A stretch of DNA of 63,184 bases, filler included, from Collodictyon triciliatum (taxonomy: Eukaryota): NCBI GenBank assembly GCA_043381765.1. It is 14 parts of 14 records of this genome, joined end to end, with 100 filler letters (N's around TTAATTAATTAA, not from the genome) between each part and the next. Parts side by side here need not be neighbours in the genome. Positions count along the whole stretch, not along the records: positions 54,255 to 58,669 come from JBHJMP010006125.1; positions 58,770 to 63,184 come from JBHJMP010006126.1; 12 more parts are not named here. One strand, written 5' to 3'. A program made the translations under genes and the position numbers. The first letter of the stretch is position 1, and the number at the start of each line of letters is the position of its first letter. Below, in pieces: positions 54,450-63,184 of this stretch. The notes beneath the pieces were generated by a model. The model ran no database searches. It had not been told where the DNA came from and worked only from the letters and a program-made list of their open reading frames with translations.

Positions 54450-57400
54450 CTCACATGCCGCCACAGGGCCACCTTCCGGCACGACGGATGCCAAGCTGAT
54501 TCGCAGAGGTTCTCTCTGAAATCCAAGTTTGTCATTGCATCTCGCGCGTCGCACACTACATACACGCATGTCATTCCGTTATAAGATTCTATCTTATGTG
54601 TCAAGGGGAGGGAAAAGTGTTAATGTAAATGCCCCTCATTTAGGCATCTAGATATGTATTCTTGGGTAGATAGCCAGATAACCGGATGGAAAAAAATAAA
54701 TAAAAAAGAGCATTAATCGCGAAAGTGATTTATCATAATTAATACTCCTTTTTTCCCTTTAAAAAAATAAGAAAAGAAAGAAAACGGATAAGGGAGATGA
54801 AATGCCTGTTTGCGAATATCTGCAGTTTCCATCGCCCGTTGTTTTCGAGAGGAGGTACAGGGTCTCCTGAGCCTATGAGCTGTGGAAAAATGTACAATTA
54901 GTTCATCATTGTTTGGTTAGTGCAATTATTTTCGAAAACAGGAAGAAAAAAATGCTATACCTTTGCATTCGATACATGTATTTTTTGTCCCTCAAATATC
55001 TTGTTAAGATCGACATGCTTCTGCAGGCTTTCATCCAGGATGGCGTCCATCGAGTACCAGCCATCTGTCAGTTCGATACTTATGTCCTTCACCTCTTTGA
55101 GTATTCCAGTCGGCAATTATTAGGACGATACGGGTTACAAAGTCAATTACAAATTGAGACTTATGTATCGAATTAAATTAATAATTATAAAAAAAAAACA
55201 AAAAACAAAGACACGTAAACAATTTGAAGGAATGTTTTTTTTTTTTTGTTTGCAGTTGTATGGTTGGATCACCTGCTCCATAATGAATCTTTGAAACACA
55301 CAGAATCATATGTCTCAACACAGAGTCATCCTTTTCTATGATTCGCCTCAAACAAGAGCGTTGTGCACCACATATTTCTTTTTCGTATCTAAATAAATAA
55401 GGGACATTATTGCCTTCTTTTAGAAAATATTGGGTTTAAACAGCTGACATCTTCTGATGGTTACAATTGTCAATAAATGATATCAAGTTGATATCTTTTA
55501 TCTTAAACAATTAAATACGCAAATACATTTTTGGCATAAAACTTTAAACCTTTTGTGCAGTTGCTCAAGTATAGTTTTGGGGTTTAGATAACTTGGTCCG
55601 AGTTGTGAAGGGTATCTGTAATGATTGGTATGAATTTTAGTTTATCTACATAGTGATATTGTGTTAAAAAGAATAAGAAAAAGAAAGCGATTAAATGCAT
55701 GTTGATTATTCTGAAGCAAAGCTGATGTTTTCTTTTTGAAATATAAAGAAATGAGAACAGAACCGCCTGCTCTGAGATGCAACTTTCCAAACAATCCAGC
55801 GGTAATGGTTTCTAACCCATTCTTCCGAGATAAGGCTGGGGTCTATATCATACCCTCCAAGAAAAGCATGCATTTCCTAACATGTATCGGTTTATTCATT
55901 TTTCGAAAAATAAAGATAAAGAAGAAATAGGAAACTGTCATGTTAATGATTTTACTGCGCGGCTACCTTCCACCCAACATATTCAGAGCTAGTAAATAAA
56001 CCACACTCAACACATTGGGCCTTCGTAAATTTGTAATCCTCAGCCACATGACTGTTGATGGACAAGACACTTCTAGAACTAGATATTGTCACAAAAGACC
56101 TTGCTTAACAAAAATAGAAAAAGGAAGAAAAAGAGCAAGTATAGAATTTATCTTACTATCCCATACGCAGAAGTGCCCTATCGTTCAAAAACTCTATCTT
56201 TAGCTCCGTTTTCTCTGTTTCAATAGGTTTTGTAATATAAGGATTTCATTTTTATTTCAAAAAAATTATATGAAATAGTCAGATATTGGTTCGAAGTATG
56301 TCAATTACTTTTTTGAGGGGTAAGTGGTTTTTGTGCATCGGGGAGGGAAGGTTCAAGTCCTTGGAAATCAGAGAAATCATAAAGGTCTGTACTTCTAATC
56401 ATCATTTAAAAATAAGACTTTGAATACTTTTGATGGAAACATGATAATTTTTCTCATGTAATTCTTTATTTTATCAGCAAAATATATCACCCTTCATCGG
56501 AGTTTCTTGATACAATTAATTTCTCATGCGCTAGACTCTCTTGTTTAATATCTGTTCGCGATTGCACTGGTAGCTTATCTTTTTCGACATCACAATACGT
56601 TTCTAATTTGTCAATTGGAAGGGTCAACATATTTTATTTAAATCAGAGAAGGCTAAGCAACATTTATATAAAATGATGGCATACCTTTGTGATAAACGCT
56701 TGATTGATTTTGCTTAGGAGCGTGCTGCTTGACTATGGGTGTCATAATAGGAGAGTATTTCGTATCCGCAGGTCGGCTGAGAGCCTCCTTTTTGCTGTAT
56801 CAACAAATTCATAATAAGTCAATAACGTAGGGCTAGAAATAATGAGATTGAAGGGAATGATATTCAAAATAAATCAAGAATTAGTCCACCTTGGCGTGGT
56901 GGCCATTTGGTCTGGAGGTGTCAAGTCCATGTGATTGGCGCCATTTACAGGAGATGAGTTCTTAGAGTGTGATATCGTAGACAGCGGAGACTGTGGATCG
57001 CCATCCAATTTTTTTACGGCCCGGGGAGGTTTAAACGCCTTCTTATTGCTTCCTGGCATCATTTTTGGACTTGTTTTTTGTACATCCTGGCGAGCGATTG
57101 GAGAAGGCAAGCCTGAGCTCGGAGTTGATTGTAGAGGTGGTGTCGGTGTTTTTGTTGGTGAAGATGAAGGCGAAGGGGAGGGTGACTTTGTTGTATATGA
57201 AATCTTTGCAGAACTGGGTGACCTTTCTTGGTGTGAAGGGATGTAATCATTCTTCAGGGCAGATGCCTTTTCTGGTTGCTCTGATGGAAGACCAATATCA
57301 CTGCCCTCTTCATTATCGCCCAGGAGATGCTTCGGAATGAAAATATCTTCGTCCATAAGTAGTTTCTTTCTCCACATGGCCACTGTCGAAGCAGGTGGAG

Positions 57401-58091
57401 CCTTGACTGCCTTACCAGAGCCTGTTGTGAAACCCACAATGGGTATGTCTGACTTTGTTTCACCTGCTTCTTCCGAAATTGATACACGAGGGCTCTTGAA
57501 CGACCTCGACGAATCATCTTCAATTATGCGGTCATCTAATGCTGTCGGACTAGGTCTCTTCGGGCTCTCTTTCGATGGAGACAGCGAGTCGTTTGGTTGC
57601 AAAGCTGGTGTTTTTGTCACAGATGAATCTGCCTCTGGGATACGACGATTGCAAAGTGATGTAGTTGCATGGGACTCCATCAAATCTGCATCTGCTGTAG
57701 TGACTGGGAAAATATCCTGCGCGTGGCCATCATTTCCAAGGCACTCGGATGTTTTGGTAGCTGACTCTGTTTTGGCCTTGGAAAGAGTATCGAATGGAGC
57801 AAAAGTGCGTCTTCGAGAAAATGGCCGGAAATAGGCAGCTGATGAGAATAAATGTTCCTGGTCAAGAGCCTGGACTTGGGTCGACTCCTCCATAATGGGG
57901 TGATTTGTTTGCAGCTCGGCATCTTTATTTGCCGTCGAGGCTGTTATACGTGTTTCTTGAGATAAGGGAAGATCGGCCAAGTCTGGCATGATTTGGAGGG
58001 CCCGCTTCAGCTGCTGTTGGCTGACTCCGGGGAGTTTTCGTCCGGATCCTGTGGTAAAGCCCGCAAAGGACTCCTGGGGCGCTGAGTCCAT
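54450..58091 (-). CDS. BRCA2: BRCA2 homolog (two BRC repeats, helical domain, OB1), 3' end truncated
   Basis: BRC repeats GFTTGSGRKLPGVSQQQLKRA and GFTTGSGKAVKAP; helical domain ISEEWVRNHYRWIVWKVA and EQLHK|RYEKEICGAQRSCLRRIIEKDD...MILCVS; OB1 IELTDGWYSMDAILD...GQKI, LQIFAN and GGPV. Confidence 0.95.
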
Positions 58092-58559
58092 TTGCTTGCC
58101 TGTGTCTTTCTCGTGAGCATATTTGTATTATTATTTTTACTTCTTTTTTTATTATTATTATTGTTGTTGGAATCACACTCCGGCGCATGTAGCAAAGCTG
58201 AAGCAGAAGTAATAACCTCGTCTGCATTTGTGATATCGCAACGAACGCGCTTTGTTTTCTTTTCCTTGTTTTTGCGTGAGTTATGTAGTGATTTCGTCCT
58301 CATTTTAGAGACAATTTCGCCGAAATGCGAAAGAAAAAACAAACTATCATACTTAACTTAATGTGGATTTTATGATAAAATAATAATTTAGTTAGATGAT
58401 ACTCAGATTTTTCATAAGATGCTATATTTTTAGCTCATTAAGTAAACCATATACATATATATTTTTTTGGCCAAACGACTGGAGTTTTCAATTGACTGCA
58501 GTAAAATGCGGCAAGACTGATCGTGTGATGTGCTCAGAACCATGCCGAACAGATCGCAG

Positions 58560-58669
58560 CAAAAATCAAGAATCAAAAATCAAAAATCAAAAATCAAAAA
58601 TCAAAAATCAAAAATCAAAAATCAAAAATCAAAAATCAAAAATCAAAAATCAAAAATCAAAAATCAAAA
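58560..58669. repeat. (AATCAAA)n heptanucleotide array at contig end
   Basis: Visible array. Confidence 0.93.
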
Positions 58670-58769
58670 NNNNNNNNNNNNNNNNNNNNNNNNNNNNNNN
58701 NNNNNNNNNNNNNTTAATTAATTAANNNNNNNNNNNNNNNNNNNNNNNNNNNNNNNNNNNNNNNNNNNN

Positions 58770-61700
58770 CAATAAGACGCATAAAACAGGGTCTAATTTT
58801 GGATGAGAAGTTAAGGAGGGACCAATTGATTTAACATGTATAAAACTGAATGAGAATGTTGACATTTTATTTTATAATTGAGTTATAACAAACAAAAAAT
58901 TCTCATGAAGTAAAAGTTTACTATCTTCAAGGTCGTATTGGGTGGGTACTGTTACACTGAATGAAATCTCCGTTAAAGGGTTAGTGGAATATTCGTTGTC
59001 ATCTTTCTCCAGGAAATTTAATGCTATTGTTGACGACAACAGCCTATTATATTCTCTAATTTAGTTACTCATAATTGAGAAAAATAGTGAATTTGATAAT
59101 GCTTAAGTGATTGCAATGCCGAACCTTTCAATCATATAATTTTCTTGTTGGATTTTATCAAAAATATTCATGTCAATAGTTTCAATTATCCAAAAATATC
59201 CGCATGACTTTGATATATTGGCAGAGTCTATGAGCACTTGGGTTTTATTGATCGATAGTAGCATAGGAGTACTTTCTGGCCATACTATCATGAAAATACA
59301 CAAGAGTTTCAATGAATGTCAATATCTTTATTTAATAATCGATAAGAAAATACTTGATAAATTTAAAGCTATTAAATTGAGAAAGGAAATTTTTACTTGA
59401 ATGTGCTTCCACTCGATACATTCTTCCTTCAAATTCTGATATATCTTGTCCGCATACAAATTTTGACGTCTCTGCCATGCTCACATTGTGAATGTAAGAT
59501 ATTAATTCATGAGTAAGGTCAGTACGGACACGTGAATGTGGAACACTTCTCCTAATACTATTTTCCAAAGCTCGTCGAAGTATGCCATCGAAAGATGTAT
59601 ACAATTTCTAGCCATTACGATGATATTTCAAACGATTAGGATAGAATATTGAAGAATTATGTGATTCCGTTATAAAAATTTATTTTCAATTGCCCACATG
59701 AATTCAACTTACTCTAAATATGCTGCTTGCAACTTCGCCACCCGACTGTGCAATACTCAGGGCTGAGTTTGTTAGTTCTCCAGATAGAGCATATACATTA
59801 GCAAAGTCACTCTCAGATTCTAGAAATGCATCATTTTGGGAGACAACGAATAGAATATCTGATACCGAATTCAGTGTATCTGCAAGTTTGGCCACGGTAT
59901 TCCAGGCTTGCAATGTTGAAGAGGTGATTTGTGAGAGAATCAAGGTTCTGTTCTGGACACCTAATGTGGTGGTATCAATGGTACCTAATTCAACAAAACA
60001 CGAGTTAGATTTCGTCCTATTCAATTAAATACTACAAAATTATGCATCGAATGAACATTGATGATAAATGGTAGGTACTGATGTAAATCAGACACAATTA
60101 CGATTATCATTAAAGTAAGTAGCGATTCTTGCGAATCCAAATATTACTTAGTTGTTCCAATACGATATTTGCCGTCGAAAACACGTAGTAACTATCGTAT
60201 GATTTTTTGCCTACTTCGTTCTTGATGAAGTCGATTGAGTTAGCTAGATTGGATTCTCCACCAGAAACTTCAATATCTTTGCGTCTCGTCGATGTTGCAC
60301 CATAGAGATTGCTTATTTGACAAATGATGGTAAAGTTTCCACTGGGCATGTAAGTCTCAAGAATAGGTTTGTTTGACTTAAATAAGAATTGAGTGGAACT
60401 TGTGTTATGTCTCTGATAACTGAATGAATAAGTAAGCGGTATTTTTTCTGGGTCGTCTCTCCAATCAAGGGCTTCGAAGGTGAACATGGTGGTTAATGGC
60501 TGTCCTGTGTTTGGCCGGCATGTAAACTTTCCTCCCAGTGGCGGAGGCATGGGTGTGATATCAACCGAACTCTGTCCTGTGTTACCGTATTGATCGGTGG
60601 CGCTTACTGTAATTGTATAAGATACTCCCCAGTACATTTTGTTTTCAACGATTATTAGTGTGGTATTCCCGACACCCAAAATTATGTCTCGTCCGATTTG
60701 AAGGTATTCGTTTTCAACTGACCATAAGAATTTATATTTTGCATCAACTAATTTGGTGTTACTAGCAGAAACAAACAAGAAAACCTTTTCCTCTGCTGTA
60801 ATGAATCTGATAGATGGGGAAGTTGTAATTTGTATGCGAGGTATACTCGTCTCTCTCACAGCTAAAAGGAAAACGTATCCTATGACATATCTTTGAAACT
60901 TGGAAGCAGTCACGCGAAATCTGTAGGTGCCTGGGTTTAATGAGTCAGCTGATATTTCAAAAACGGATGAATTGATTTTGCTTAACATACAAGTATAGGT
61001 AGAGTTTTGGAGACACTCCCACTTGTATGAAAAATCTCCTTGGAGTTTGTCGTAATCGATGGCGACCGCTTTAAGTGTTGCTACCGAATTTATACTAACG
61101 GTTTGATTTCCTCCAAGTACACCTATCGAAAAAGGAGTAGGAAGAATTGTAATATTGGTAAAGTAAGTTACCATGTTTCTTTCCCCAAAGTTAGATATTG
61201 AAAGATATATGGATATTGTCTCGAAGAGGTATTTTCGGAAGGCGTTTCCCCAAAACTCAATTTTGCGCTGATGACTCATCGAATCCTGGATTCCAAAGTC
61301 TGATAACTTGCTTCCATCATTAGCTCTCATTCCCCACGTGTAGTAAGGGGCAAAAATGGTTTCTCCTGAGCATAATCGTGGTGATGAAGAAGCTGTGAAT
61401 GACACTCGAGTATTTTGAGTAATTTGTGCCGATTGAGGCCCTACAATAAATCCAGTCGGGGAATCTGTGTCTGATTTCCATACACTAATAGTTTTGGAAT
61501 CAGTTTTGCCAAATATATTTGAGACCGTCAGTTTGAAAGTGTATTCTGTATTGACAGGAAGCCATGCAACAATATCATTATCGATTGGCGAAAGATTGAT
61601 AATGGGTCCCTTCTGAGAAGAAATCAGATTGCTAAGTTCAAACAATACTCTACGAGGATTCGATCCTACAAACTCCCACAAAAACTCCAGGGAAGATACA

Positions 61701-63184
61701 CCCCCATAAGAGTTACTGGCATCTAAATACAAAGATGAACACACTCCAAATGTACTACCTCCCAGTTGCACAACAGGAGAGGGCGCAGCCGAGTATCCAA
61801 CTTGAATGGAGCCACGGCTGAATGGATATATGCTACGATCTCCATCTGACTGTCCGAAAGCCACAATTGCACTTTCATTCAATGATATGGTTGTTCCTAT
61901 GGGTATGAACCTCTGCGGATAAATCCGTAATGTTTTGGAATCTGACCATATGCACTCTGCATCAGAGCCGATTCGGAGAACTGTTTCGGAATTCAAGAAA
62001 TCTTTGCACTGACTCTTCCCTGGTACAAATTTACCTTGGTCTGTGAAATCCGTGAATCTCACAGCAATATAGCTAAAGAGCTCATCATATTTTGCCGACT
62101 CAATCAGTATTGGACTAGTAAAGTAGGAAAACTGGAAGGTGCTGACAATCGAACCGAACCCTTTCAACTCGAGTTTAATCTCGTAATTTCCGGGGACGTG
62201 ACTTGCAGGCGTGACGCTGAACAAGTGTGTAGAATTGACCATTGTAAACCATGATGGTTCTTTGTTTGGAGCATAAAACAATCGCATATCTAGTGCTAGC
62301 AATGGTGAGAATCCTCTTCCAACGATAGTAACAGATTGTTGAGTCTTGTGATGACCTCTAATTGGACTGATAGAGTTGAGTGCGATAGATTCAAAAAAGT
62401 AGAAAGGGATTTTCACATTATCTGAGCCACTCAAATATATTTCCATTCTCCCTTCTCCAACTTCAAATCCGCTCAAATTTGGGACAGTTACGATATATAC
62501 GTTCTCAGATGTATGAACGTTTTCTCCTCTCAGAAAAACTTTTTGGTTGCTGATATCGGAAAGTATCACATCTAGGGAAGTACCAAAATGATGTTGCGTA
62601 GTTATGGAAACATTGAAACCTCCAAAATTACTGCCACTAATTGGCGTGATATCAGTTACTCCAAGGGAATAGTATTCAAATATTGAATAGGCATTGATAT
62701 TACTTTTCTGACCACCAACTGTCACCACAACTGATAGCTCTTTATCGGCATTGGGTCTTGGAGGGGAATAGCACAAAATGATTTCATCACTGATCCATAC
62801 TGTTGGAGTGCAATCAAGTTCTCCAATACTGACTGATTGGTCAAATTGGTAAGGTGCAAAATTTTTGCCAGTAATGGTGATAACTTGCATGCCTGTGAGT
62901 ACTGATGCAGATGGATTTGCTTCGGTTGTAATTTCTGGGCGGTTATAAGACCATATTAGGCTGTTGGAGCTCATTTCGTAGATTTTAACATATAGATAAT
63001 GTCCATCTCCAACACCTGCAGGAGAGCGTGCGATTATCATACTTTCGTTCTGGAATACAATTTGGCAGCCTGCATTACCGAGATAAACAGAAGAAAGATC
63101 GTTGCGAGATGAGCTCAGATTTGTACCAGTTATTGTCAAAAGTGTTCCTCCTTTCGTTGGTCCAGATTTCGGGAAAACGTCAGT
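58770..63184 (-). CDS. Internal part of a large IPT/TIG + REJ (polycystin-1/PKD-REJ-like) cell-surface protein, truncated at both ends
   Basis: IPT repeats (GPTKGGTLLTITGTNL, ITITGKNF, VTVGGQKS, ISPIRG...VTIVGRGF) and REJ motifs (LDASNSYG, YTFKLTVSNIFG, PPPLGGKFTCRPNTG.PLTTMFTFEALDWRDD...PLTYSF...YMPSG) in a >1000-aa exon, plus smaller downstream exons. Confidence 0.85.

Noticed and set aside
58560-58669. (AATCAAA)n at a contig end as a possible telomere repeat
   Set aside because: Not G-rich on either strand, and many different simple repeats end contigs here, so it is most likely an ordinary microsatellite.

Overview
This window is not one locus. It is 14 separate contigs of about 4.42 kb each, roughly ordered by decreasing length and joined by an artificial 100-nt spacer (N44-TTAATTAATTAA-N44), so adjacency across spacers has no biological meaning. 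The DNA comes from an intron-rich, microsatellite-rich microbial eukaryote with short GT-AG introns; long uninterrupted host ORFs indicate the standard code. Recognisable genes, many cut by contig ends: a Nup88/Nup82-like nucleoporin, a filamin-repeat protein, a Cache-HAMP class III nucleotide cyclase, a GT92/GT-A glycosyltransferase, an ACAP-type BAR-PH-ArfGAP-ankyrin protein, proteasome ATPase Rpt5, an HSF transcription factor, BRCA2, an IPT/REJ surface protein, a duplicated multipass membrane protein and two LINE-like remnants. The best leads are: (1) an intron-containing gene at 29056-31373 that appears derived from a prokaryotic/phage type IIG-like restriction-modification methyltransferase with its catalytic motifs lost; (2) a Pelle/IRAK/RLK-like pseudokinase spliced in phase to two Sin3-type PAH domains (32427-35465); (3) a decayed virus-like contig (9052-13476) with a NUMOD4-HNH-AP2 pseudogene, a possible Polinton-type capsid N-terminus and ORFs broken by repeated in-frame TAA; (4) a STAT-like linker-SH2 protein lacking the phosphotyrosine-binding Arg (36307-39889). 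All family calls are by-eye motif recognition with no database search, and exon boundaries were read manually.
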